Assembly: GCA_049319825.1 (NCBI GenBank)
Contig: JBMORT010000002.1
Span: forward strand, 15,550-79,549
Length of the DNA stretch: 64,000 bases
Direction: 5' to 3'
Source of the DNA: Patescibacteria group bacterium
GTDB taxonomy: Bacteria; Patescibacteriota; Patescibacteriia; UBA11705; DATKZF01
Below the pieces are notes generated by a model that was given only the letters and a program-made list of their open reading frames with translations, was not told where the DNA came from and searched no databases. A program made the position numbers and the translations under genes. Below, one piece after another: positions 54,329 to 62,551 of the stretch; within the stretch, counting starts at the first letter, position 1; every line of letters starts with the position of its first letter.

Positions 54329-55969
54329 TTACCACATTTTTTCGAGTGAAATACCGGTATAGTAATGTTTTAAAATTTCATCATATGCCGCGCCTCCTTT
54401 GTCAGCGCGATGATACGCGTCAGACGCGTCAATACCCACTCCATGACCCCACAATTCCTTGCCTTGGCTGTACGGACACGGCACTGAAACCAGATAAGGC
54501 ACGTCATTGCCCCAGACTTCTTTGAAGCTGCGCGTGCGACCATCGCTTCTGGAAAAATAGGCAGCGACAATGGGACGCCCCTCGTAGGTGGCGATGATGC
54601 CGTTTGTTTGTTCGACGGCGATCTTCAAATCTTTCCAGATGATAGTGGCGGTGTAGCCTTTGTAAACCTGATCGTATTTGGAATCGACATCAAAGTATTC
54701 GTCGGCGTGCTTAGTGCCTTTGTTGTAGTGATAGTAGGCGTAAGTTCTGGCGGCAATAGTCATTGTTTTCAAATATTCGAGAGGCGAGCCGTTGCTTGTT
54801 TCGGAAATGCCTTTAAGATAATCTTCCATGGCAATGGTTTCAATCAGCCATGTTCGATCTTTCGACGAATTGTATCTGACCTCAAGATCGCCGGTAAAAT
54901 CATTGTAGTTTATTTTCGGATTCCACGATGGGCTATCTGTATAATTGGTAACAATAAATAAGCCCTCATTGGTATCTTTTAATTTTAAATAATTTTTGGT
55001 GGTATTGCGTTTGGCGCCTATTTTATAAATGTAATACCCGGTTGTTTCATCGTAATCCAAGGAAACAACCTGCCCGGGCGCGATAGTGGCCAATAAATTA
55101 TCGCTGCCATCAAAGAGCTGCCAAGCTTTTTCATTTTTAATTTCATAGGGATCGGGATTGTTCATCAACCCAACCCGGATCAATGGCCCTTTTGATTCGG
55201 TCGCCGGCAGGCATTCGGGGGAAGATGATTTTGATGCCGCGGCCGATAGGGTATAAGGGCAATATGCGGGGACGTTTTGGGTCACCGGTTTCTGCGTATT
55301 GTTCTGAGTGGTGGGCGGCTGAAGGACGGTCGGGGCAGCCGGCGCTTTCGGCGTTTCTACCGGTTTGTTCGGGTCTGCGCAAACATCCATTTTAATTTTG
55401 ACTCGTCCGTTTTTAATCATTACGTTATCATCGGCCAGCACAAATTCGCCTTCAAATTCTCCAAAAGACGGCGGCGCCTGAACAGCGAACACGAATGTCG
55501 CTTCGCCGCCCGGTGGGACAGAACCTTCTTTAATCGCACCCGGAAGAAACGGATCCGGCCAGTATTCATGTCTGAATTTCAGCCCTGTCGTCAATGATTT
55601 GAGATAAACATGATTTTTATACCATGTTTTATTGCCGGTATTTTTGAATTTAACTGTAAAAGTAAAACCTTTATTGGGCACAATGCGCACTGAAGAGTGT
55701 GATTGAGCGATATAAGTCGCCTCATTGTTGATTTCCGCCGCCGAGGCGACTGTTAAATGAAATGGATTAAGTTTATGCGGCAAATTTGAGCTTTTATGAA
55801 TTATACCGTCTTCCACGAAGCGCATGCCTAGAGAAGCAATGCTCACAATAATAAAAGCAAACAGCAAATTGATAAATAAAGGAGTTTGATTATTTTTGTT
55901 TTCCGGCAATTCATCTCTTTCGTAAGTGGTTTTTATGCCTGGCCAATATTTTTTATTTTGATTTATCAT
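54329..55969 (-). CDS. SpoIID/LytB domain-containing cell-wall protein
   Basis: N-terminal TM. C-terminal AARTYAYYHY...SRSDGRTRSFKEVWGNDVPYLVSVPCPY matches the SpoIID/LytB amidase-enhancer domain. Pro/Thr/Gln-rich linker in the middle. Confidence 0.75.
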   Translation of the reverse strand: MINQNKKYWPGIKTTYERDELPENKNNQTPLFINLLFAFIIVSIASLGMRFVEDGIIHKSSNLPHKLNPFHLTVASAAEINNEATYIAQSHSSVRIVPNKGFTFTVKFKNTGNKTWYKNHVYLKSLTTGLKFRHEYWPDPFLPGAIKEGSVPPGGEATFVFAVQAPPSFGEFEGEFVLADDNVMIKNGRVKIKMDVCADPNKPVETPKAPAAPTVLQPPTTQNNTQKPVTQNVPAYCPYTLSAAASKSSSPECLPATESKGPLIRVGLMNNPDPYEIKNEKAWQLFDGSDNLLATIAPGQVVSLDYDETTGYYIYKIGAKRNTTKNYLKLKDTNEGLFIVTNYTDSPSWNPKINYNDFTGDLEVRYNSSKDRTWLIETIAMEDYLKGISETSNGSPLEYLKTMTIAARTYAYYHYNKGTKHADEYFDVDSKYDQVYKGYTATIIWKDLKIAVEQTNGIIATYEGRPIVAAYFSRSDGRTRSFKEVWGNDVPYLVSVPCPYSQGKELWGHGVGIDASDAYHRADKGGAAYDEILKHYYTGISLEKMW

Positions 55970-56175
55970 AGAGCATTGATTGATATTACTATTTTAGCAT
56001 TTTACATAAAATCTGTCAATGGATTTTTGACTAAATTTAGTGAAAAAAACAAAATGATGTGTTGACAAAAGTAAATAAAATTGTAAAATCAATTATTTTT
56101 AGAGAAATTTAAGTGTTTTTATGAACAGAATATGATTGATAAAAAAAATTCCGCAATAATTGCGGAGTTAAATTT

Positions 56176-56424
56176 CTATTGGCCTAATTTAACCAAATTT
56201 TCCTTTTTTATTTTTGGCCAGCGTTTTATTTGCGCTTCTCTTTTTCTGGCTTCAGCCGGCGTATCAAACTGCTCAAAATAAATGATTTTTACGGGTATTC
56301 TGGATCGGGTGTATTTTGCGCCCTTGCCTTGGTTATGCTTTTTTTCTCTTGAGGCAATATCAACGCAAAATCCGGTATATAGCGAATAATCACAACAACG
56401 TGCCAGATAAGTGAAATACTTCAT
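56176..56424 (-). CDS. GIY-YIG nuclease family protein (small YhbQ-like), second copy
   Basis: YTGFCVDIASREKKHNQGKGAKYTRSRIPVKIIYFEQFDTPAEARKREAQIKRWPK. Paralog of the gene at 49126..49380. Confidence 0.7.
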   Translation of the reverse strand: MKYFTYLARCCDYSLYTGFCVDIASREKKHNQGKGAKYTRSRIPVKIIYFEQFDTPAEARKREAQIKRWPKIKKENLVKLGQ

Positions 56425-56492
56425 GGATTATCGGATTATTTATAATCTTGGATTCGATTTGTTCTATACTATCGATTTGCTACGAGATTGAT

Positions 56493-56570
56493 TGGTGGAC
56501 CCTAAGGGATTTGAACCCTTGGCCTCTTCCATGCCATGGAAGCGCTCTAGCCAGCTGAGCTAAGGGCCCA
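56493..56570 (-). tRNA. tRNA-Ala (anticodon GGC), CCA encoded
   Basis: Reverse complement GGGCCCTTAGCTCAGCTGGCTAGAGCGCTTCCATGGCATGGAAGAGGCCAAGGGTTCAAATCCCTTAGGGTCCACCA. Anticodon loop ATGGCAT. Confidence 0.8.
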
Positions 56571-56658
56571 GGAATGATTTTACATGTTGAAGGTAAAAAT
56601 AAAGTATCGCTGTCCCGCTGTCGCGGTACGATAATCAAAAGTGATAGACGACTACACG

Positions 56659-57552
56659 CTAGTCGTAAATATCGTTTTCAATGTCCGTGATCATTTTTTC
56701 CAAACTTTTTCTGGCCAACACGTTCACTTTATCATCAGGCAAAGCCAGTCGGGTCTCGCACGCCAAAATAAACAAGCTTTTCAGTTCATCATACTGGTCA
56801 GGTTCCAATTTATCTTTATACTTAAAAGCTTTTGCCAATTGTCTGTACGCTCCGCCGATATCATCATGAGCGAGCTGCCTTTCAAATAATTCAGGAATCG
56901 CTTTGATTTCCGTGGTTTTCATTTTTTTGGAAAAATCATGCATCTCTTTTTCCGAAACCCCCTTGGCTGCGGAAATTATATCAGGGCCATTGATAAAGTC
57001 AAACGAATCTGATTCCGCGTTGAATTTTAACACCTGAATCTCTAATCTGTGCTCAGCCGATATATCAGGCTTTGCCAGGTTTTTTTCCAAATTATCGATG
57101 TATTCTTGCTTCATTTTATGATATTCCGGCAAATTCATTTTAAAAGCTCTTTCCAAATGCCCGGCGCAAGTGGCCAACATTCCTTCGTTTAAGGCTTTGG
57201 CGAAAAGGTCAAAGGTAACTTCGGCTAAGACTTTATTGTAATGAGCCCTTGAAGTTATTTCAGTGCGGTCGGCATCTTCGAATTCATTGCTTTTCGAAGC
57301 TGCGGTTTCCTTATTTTTTGCGCCGATTCTCTCGACCACCGTGTCTCTGCCGGCTTTTGCTTTTTTCTTTTTTTCCATTATCGCGCCTCTGGCGACTTCC
57401 GTTTTGGCTGTGCCGATCGCCGGATAAACACCGGTTTCCGCCGTTTCAATTTTTTCTTTGGCCAATTCTCGATAAGCTTCCTCGGCGGCGGCCGCTTGCT
57501 CATCAGAAGCTTGAGTTGGCAGTTGAGAAAATTTTTCAGCTGGGAAGGCCAT
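56659..57552 (-). CDS. hypothetical protein (charged, coiled-coil-like)
   Basis: The ORF extends to 57684 through the tRNA genes, which is unlikely to be real. ATG 57552 (MAFPAEKFSQLPTQ...) is the first start clear of tRNA-Lys. No family recognised. Confidence 0.45.
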   Translation of the reverse strand: MAFPAEKFSQLPTQASDEQAAAAEEAYRELAKEKIETAETGVYPAIGTAKTEVARGAIMEKKKKAKAGRDTVVERIGAKNKETAASKSNEFEDADRTEITSRAHYNKVLAEVTFDLFAKALNEGMLATCAGHLERAFKMNLPEYHKMKQEYIDNLEKNLAKPDISAEHRLEIQVLKFNAESDSFDFINGPDIISAAKGVSEKEMHDFSKKMKTTEIKAIPELFERQLAHDDIGGAYRQLAKAFKYKDKLEPDQYDELKSLFILACETRLALPDDKVNVLARKSLEKMITDIENDIYD

Positions 57553-57578
57553 ATAAAAAATTAAAATGAAAAAAGAAA

Positions 57579-57653
57579 TGGTGGGCGCAGAAGGACTCGA
57601 ACCTTCAACCAATGGCTTAAGAGGCCACTGCTCTACCATTGAGCTATGCGCCC
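57579..57653 (-). tRNA. tRNA-Lys (anticodon CTT), CCA encoded
   Basis: Reverse complement GGGCGCATAGCTCAATGGTAGAGCAGTGGCCTCTTAAGCCATTGGTTGAAGGTTCGAGTCCTTCTGCGCCCACCA. Anticodon loop CTCTTAA. Confidence 0.8.
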
Positions 57654-57654
57654 G

Positions 57655-57730
57655 TGGCGCAGCCTGAGGGATTCGAACCCCCAACCCTCTGGTCCGAAGC
57701 CAGATGCTCTATCCATTGAGCTAAGGCTGC
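57655..57730 (-). tRNA. tRNA-Arg (anticodon TCG), CCA encoded
   Basis: Reverse complement GCAGCCTTAGCTCAATGGATAGAGCATCTGGCTTCGGACCAGAGGGTTGGGGGTTCGAATCCCTCAGGCTGCGCCA. Anticodon loop CTTCGGA. Separated from tRNA-Lys by 1 nt. Confidence 0.8.
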
Positions 57731-57759
57731 ATGAAAATATATATAATGAAAATTGATTA

Positions 57760-57905
57760 AGCTTAATCCCGCCTGGTCCGAAGCCAGATGTCCCGATTTT
57801 TAGAGCCGCGGATGCGGCCTAAAAATCGAGGATCCTCGAAATTTCACGAAATCAAAGATTTCGGAAATTTCGGGACTCTATCCTACCGCCTGTGCTCCGA
57901 AGCCT
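57760..57905. repeat. tRNA-Arg-derived fragment plus nested palindromes and CGAAAT-motif palindrome
   Basis: cctggtccgaagccagatg at 57763 copies the tRNA-Arg anticodon arm. Nested inverted repeat CGATTTTTAG-GCCGCggatGCGGC-CTAAAAATCG. Palindrome cgaaatttcacgaaatcaaagatttcggaaatttcg. A further gctccgaagcc echo at about 57893. Confidence 0.6.
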
Positions 57906-58047
57906 TGGCGAAGGAGCAAGCTGCGGCTGTGCGGAAAGTCAAAAGGAAAAATTAAATTGAATCTGTCCGACTTTTAATCTTTCACTTTTTCACTTCTAAC
58001 TTATTCGCAATAAAAACTTAAGCTCCCCGCCTAAGTTTTATTTTTAT

Positions 58048-58740
58048 TTAATCCCATTTTTTCTTTTTCAATCCTTTTATCGCCGCTTCTTCCTGAGCCT
58101 CTTGTTTGCTCGATCCTTTGCCCTTGGCTATTTTTTCACTGCCGATAAAGACTCCGACTTCGAACACTTTCGCGTGATCGGGCCCGCTTTCTTTCAATAC
58201 TTTATATGTCGGCGTCACCCCTTCTTTTTCCTGAGCGGCTTCTTGGAATTTACTTTTTGGGTCAAGGTAAAGCTTATGTTTTAAAATATGAGGCAGTTCC
58301 GGCAGCAGAATTCTATTGATAAAGTCTTTGGCGCTATCCCAGCCTTGATCTAAATAAATCGAGCCGATCAGCGCTTCGAAGGCGTTGGCTAAAATATATT
58401 GACGAGCTTTGCCCACATCTTTGGTTTCGCCGCGGCTTAAGTACAGATAGCTTTCAATCCCAATTTGACTGGCCAGTTTAGATAACATTTTACTATTAAC
58501 TAGACTCGCCCGCCAATTGGTCAATTCGCCTTCCGGATTTTCATAGTTAATGTACAGATACTCGGTGACGATTAACTCCAGCACCGCATCACCCAAAAAT
58601 TCAAGGCGTTCGTTGTGATCGAGTTCAAATCGGGGATGCTCATTAAGATAGGAGCGGTGAACCACCGATTGTTTGAGCAGATCCAAGTTGTTAAATTTCA
58701 AATTCAGTTTTTTTTCCAGTTGCTTAAAATCTTTGTCCAT
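58048..58740 (-). CDS. rnc: ribonuclease III
   Basis: ERLEFLGDAVLELIVTEYLY (RNase III signature) plus a C-terminal dsRBD (KVLKESGPDHAKVFEVGVFIG). Confidence 0.9.
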   Translation of the reverse strand: MDKDFKQLEKKLNLKFNNLDLLKQSVVHRSYLNEHPRFELDHNERLEFLGDAVLELIVTEYLYINYENPEGELTNWRASLVNSKMLSKLASQIGIESYLYLSRGETKDVGKARQYILANAFEALIGSIYLDQGWDSAKDFINRILLPELPHILKHKLYLDPKSKFQEAAQEKEGVTPTYKVLKESGPDHAKVFEVGVFIGSEKIAKGKGSSKQEAQEEAAIKGLKKKKWD

Positions 58741-58817
58741 AGGGATACGGCTCTACGGATCAGCCAAAGATGCGTATCGCGCGCATCCGTGAAGATCCGT
58801 AGATCCGTAAATTATTA

Positions 58818-59285
58818 TTATTTTGCCAGATCCTTTTGGGAAAGCTGTTCTTTATCTTCCGATTTCAGCATTTGTCCGACGCTTTTGTAAATCGAACCCA
58901 GCACGCCATTGACGAATTTGCCCGATGACTCGCCGCCGAAGGTCTTGGCGATTTCAATAGCTTCGTTAATGGCCACTTTGGCCGGGACATCTTTATCAAA
59001 TACCAATTCGTATATGCCGATACGCAATATGTTTCTGTCAATGGTGGTAATTTGTTCAATCGGCCATTGCGGGGCGAATTTTTTAATATAATCATCGATC
59101 GCGTCCAAATGCTTGATAACGCCTGCCGCGATTTTTTCCGAAAAGCCTTTGTCCTTTGCTTTTGAGGCGAATTCCTGATAATTGTAGTCCATGATTTGCG
59201 GGATGATATTATTTTTTTTCCCTAAAAAGTCCCATTCAAAGAGGGATTGCATCGCGATGGTTCTCGCAAGATGTCTATTGGCCAT
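58818..59285 (-). CDS. nusB: transcription antitermination factor NusB
   Basis: [15 protein letters not shown]-terminus and the NusB fold pattern, 155 aa. Confidence 0.85.
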   Translation of the reverse strand: MANRHLARTIAMQSLFEWDFLGKKNNIIPQIMDYNYQEFASKAKDKGFSEKIAAGVIKHLDAIDDYIKKFAPQWPIEQITTIDRNILRIGIYELVFDKDVPAKVAINEAIEIAKTFGGESSGKFVNGVLGSIYKSVGQMLKSEDKEQLSQKDLAK

Positions 59286-59480
59286 AGCTTATAAATTTTT
59301 AAGATCAATTTATGAGTCAGCTAAAGATATTCTACTATAATTTTTGGATTTTGGCAAGTGTCGGGAATAATTGTTTGCTTGGGGCGCGCTTGGCGCCGCT
59401 GGCCGATGCGTGTTTATTTTATATCATTAAAACCGCTTAAAAAAGCCCCCGCGCCAGCGGTGGCTTTTCCCTGAGTTCGA

Positions 59481-60113
59481 TTATTGCTTATAATACCCAA
59501 TCATGAATTGAGTCTGGTCGTCTTCCTCGAAAATTATCACCGTCGCCGAATCAGAGCCCTTGGTGAAGCTGAGTGATAAATTATCATCGATTTCATATTG
59601 TGCCTGTTTTTTCCAGTCTTGCTGAGGCATTTCTTTTAAGTAAAACGATAAGATCTCATCTTTTGATTTGTCGGTCGTAAACGTGCCGGTGACCCCCATT
59701 GCTTGTAAGTCGTTTAAGGCGATCATTTTCGAAGGAGTAAAAATGGGTAAAGCGTTTTTTAACGAATCCGGGACGTCAATTCCTTTTTCATCCGAGCGAA
59801 AGATCATGTTACCCTCTTGGCCGTCGCCGCTGAATTTCATGTTGACCGAGCCTTCTTCATCATAGGCGTATTCGAGCTGCTCACCTTCATCGGTAGTTAT
59901 TTTTAATGTTTGGCCGTCGCGGTCGATATCAACTTTCTGGCCGCTTTGAGATTCAATTAATTTTTCAATGCTCACCTCGGCGATTTTATTGGCTACCGCT
60001 CGATAGACGAAGTAGCCGCCCACGCCGATAAGTAATACCGCGGCGATCACCACGACGAGAATGATGATGTTTTTGTTCGAACCGGGGTTGGTCGATGATG
60101 TTTGATTTTCCAT
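59481..60113 (-). CDS. hypothetical membrane-anchored protein
   Basis: Start at ATG 60113 (MENQTSSTNPGSNKNIIILVVVIAAVLLIGVGGYF), a single TM anchor, an extracytoplasmic domain of unknown family. The ORF runs to 60173. Confidence 0.45.
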   Translation of the reverse strand: MENQTSSTNPGSNKNIIILVVVIAAVLLIGVGGYFVYRAVANKIAEVSIEKLIESQSGQKVDIDRDGQTLKITTDEGEQLEYAYDEEGSVNMKFSGDGQEGNMIFRSDEKGIDVPDSLKNALPIFTPSKMIALNDLQAMGVTGTFTTDKSKDEILSFYLKEMPQQDWKKQAQYEIDDNLSLSFTKGSDSATVIIFEEDDQTQFMIGYYKQ

Positions 60114-60202
60114 AAATTTTTGAACGGTTGGCTTGTCGAGACGTAGGGTTGTCCGAATGCGCGATCGCGCCAACAGCCCTACCGAACTACCCGCCGACCG
60201 AT

Positions 60203-60928
60203 CTAACGATTAGATGTATTATTTGACATGGCTTGCTTCTTCATTTTAGCAGGCATTTTCTCAATTGCATAGCGCAGGGCTGTTCTGGGCATTATGTTTT
60301 TTCTTTTCATGATAAAATCAAAGACCATCTTTTGATCGTGCTCGGAAGCTACTTTCAGCATCCAGCCATAACCTTTTTGCGCCAAGTCGTCCGGATCCAG
60401 CAATAACGCATCGGCAATTTTAGGAATTTCGCCGATATATTTTTTATCATGTCTGATCAGCGGGATCATGATCACCGCCGAGGCGCGACGCAGCCAGCGA
60501 TTTTTGGAAGTCAGCCAGAATTTTGTGGATTTAAGCAACCGAGGGTATTTGATTATTAACAAACCGAAAGCATGAGCGCAAAAGTCATCGTCCATCGCCC
60601 AATTGGTAACATAACTATTCAGCCATTTTTCAAAAATTTTAAAATCCGATACCGCGTATAGTTTATTTATTCTTCTGGCCCAGTCAAACGCAATTATGGC
60701 TTCTTCGTGATAATTTGATTTTAGCAAATCTTCGCACCGCTTGAATATTTCTTCTTTTCGGAGATGTTTAACGGCCGCAAAATTTGCGGCGCAAATTTTG
60801 CGGACGACCGGAGTTCTCACGCCGTAAAGCTTGATCGGCTCTTTAAAAAAATTAACGCCGCCTTTTTTATATTCAGGGTCTGCGTTGCTACTCAACTGGC
60901 GTCTGATTGTGACTAGCATGTCGGACAT
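60203..60928 (-). CDS. DNA alkylation repair protein (AlkD/AlkC-like HEAT-repeat glycosylase family)
   Basis: 241-aa all-helical protein. KYPRLLKSTKFWLTSKNRWLRRASAV and DDLAQKGYGWMLK resemble the DNA_alkylation family pattern. Confidence 0.6.
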   Translation of the reverse strand: MSDMLVTIRRQLSSNADPEYKKGGVNFFKEPIKLYGVRTPVVRKICAANFAAVKHLRKEEIFKRCEDLLKSNYHEEAIIAFDWARRINKLYAVSDFKIFEKWLNSYVTNWAMDDDFCAHAFGLLIIKYPRLLKSTKFWLTSKNRWLRRASAVIMIPLIRHDKKYIGEIPKIADALLLDPDDLAQKGYGWMLKVASEHDQKMVFDFIMKRKNIMPRTALRYAIEKMPAKMKKQAMSNNTSNR

Positions 60929-61119
60929 GATAGTGAAAATAGTATGGTTTCATTTTAAATCAAAGTGATGTTTTGCTCAAGTGGCGGAGATATTTTGACA
61001 AAAAACACCGATGGTGGTAAATTGTAAAATACAATTAAATAATAAAATATATAGCATCAATAACTATAAAAAAACACATAGTTAAGCTATTTATCGGGCT
61101 GTGCGATCAGCTGGCGGTT

Positions 61120-62412
61120 TTGGGCCGATACCTTAAAAAGGGGTTATCATACATCGCTAAACCGTTGATCGCCATTTTTAAGCCCATACTGAAGTTTGTG
61201 CTGATTGCCAGCTACAAGCTTTATTTATTTTTAAATAAGCAGCTGGAAGTTTTTTACGCGCCGGCGAAAAGTCGCCTGTACTCTTTTTTTTCCAAAAAAT
61301 ATTTGATTCATTTGGCCGTGATCATCATTTCTTTTTTCGTGGTGGTTAACAGCATCAGCGCTCAAGAGATCAGAACCGATAATTTCGGTGAGAAGACGAT
61401 TATTTATTCAATTTATAATGAGCAAGATCTTGGTTATATCGTTGAGCAAGTGGAAAATGTGCCGCAGACTAAAATTTTAAGTTATCTCGATAAGCAGAGC
61501 TTGTCCAATAAGCCGAAAATGGTGGCCGATACCGATCAAGCGGTTAATGAGGATCAACTGGCCGATAGTTTGACCACCGTCACTCAGGGCGGTTCGGCTT
61601 TAGTAAAACCGAATATCACCGAAACGGTCATTGCCGAGCGGCCTCGAGAAGGCACCATCAGCTATACCGTTCAGACCGGCGACACTTTAAGCACCATTGC
61701 CGAACAATTTAAAATTTCCACCGCGACTATTCTCTGGGCGAATAATTTGACTGAAAAAAGTACCATTAAACAGGGACAGCAGCTGTCTATCTTACCCGTC
61801 ACCGGTGTGGAGCATACAGTTAAATCCGGGGAGACGATCAGCAAACTGGCCACCAAATATGGAGTTGACGAGGATAAAATCATTGAATTTAATAAATTAG
61901 CGGATGCTGCCGACATCCAAGTGGGGCAGGAGCTGATTGTTCCCGGCGGCACCATGCCGGTCAGCGCGCCTCAGTATGCTGTTCGGACCCCGCGCGTTGA
62001 TGTCGCGCCGATTAAAAATTTGATCGTGCCGCCCGGCGCACCTTCCATTCCCACCGGTAAAATGGTTTGGCCCACCAGTTGGCGGGTGATTACGCAGTAT
62101 TACAGCTGGCGGCATAAAGGGTTGGACATCGATGGCGATTACAATTCACCGATTTACGCGGCCGAAGCCGGAAAAATCGTCAAATGCGGCTGGGGCACCG
62201 GCTACGGCAATGTTATTTATATCGATCATGGTAATGGCGTTCAGACTCGGTACGCGCACCTGAGCAAATTTTTCGTGTCCAACGGACAGTATGTTGAAAA
62301 GGGGCAGACGCTGGGCATGATGGGTACGACTGGCTGGTCAACCGGAACTCATCTTCATTTTGAGGTCAGGATAAACAATAATCCGCTTAATCCTCTCAGC
62401 TACATTCAATAA
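61120..62412 (+). CDS. LysM-domain M23 family peptidoglycan DD-metalloendopeptidase
   Basis: TM anchor, two LysM repeats (YTVQTGDTLSTIAEQF and HTVKSGETISKLATKYGV), then M23 motifs HKGLDIDGD...YGNVIYIDHGNG...GTHLHFEV. Confidence 0.8.
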   Translation: MGRYLKKGLSYIAKPLIAIFKPILKFVLIASYKLYLFLNKQLEVFYAPAKSRLYSFFSKKYLIHLAVIIISFFVVVNSISAQEIRTDNFGEKTIIYSIYNEQDLGYIVEQVENVPQTKILSYLDKQSLSNKPKMVADTDQAVNEDQLADSLTTVTQGGSALVKPNITETVIAERPREGTISYTVQTGDTLSTIAEQFKISTATILWANNLTEKSTIKQGQQLSILPVTGVEHTVKSGETISKLATKYGVDEDKIIEFNKLADAADIQVGQELIVPGGTMPVSAPQYAVRTPRVDVAPIKNLIVPPGAPSIPTGKMVWPTSWRVITQYYSWRHKGLDIDGDYNSPIYAAEAGKIVKCGWGTGYGNVIYIDHGNGVQTRYAHLSKFFVSNGQYVEKGQTLGMMGTTGWSTGTHLHFEVRINNNPLNPLSYIQ

Positions 62413-62437
62413 TTTACAAGTTAAAAAACTAAAAGAT

Positions 62438-62472
62438 AAAAAATAAAAAGTCCTGCCGCGCGGGACTTTTTA
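62438..62472 (+). terminator. rho-independent terminator
   Basis: aaaaaGTCCTGCCGCGCGGGACttttt. Confidence 0.55.
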
Positions 62473-62551
62473 ATGTTGTATACTTGATTTTCCAAATTTA
62501 TAGACTAATCCAAATCACCACCGCTCAGCCAATTTTTCGATATGGCTTTAA

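Noticed and set aside
56659-57684. Full 341-aa extent of the minus-strand ORF
   Set aside because: The N-terminal 44 aa are read through tRNA-Lys and tRNA-Arg. Trimmed to the first ATG (57552) clear of the tRNAs.
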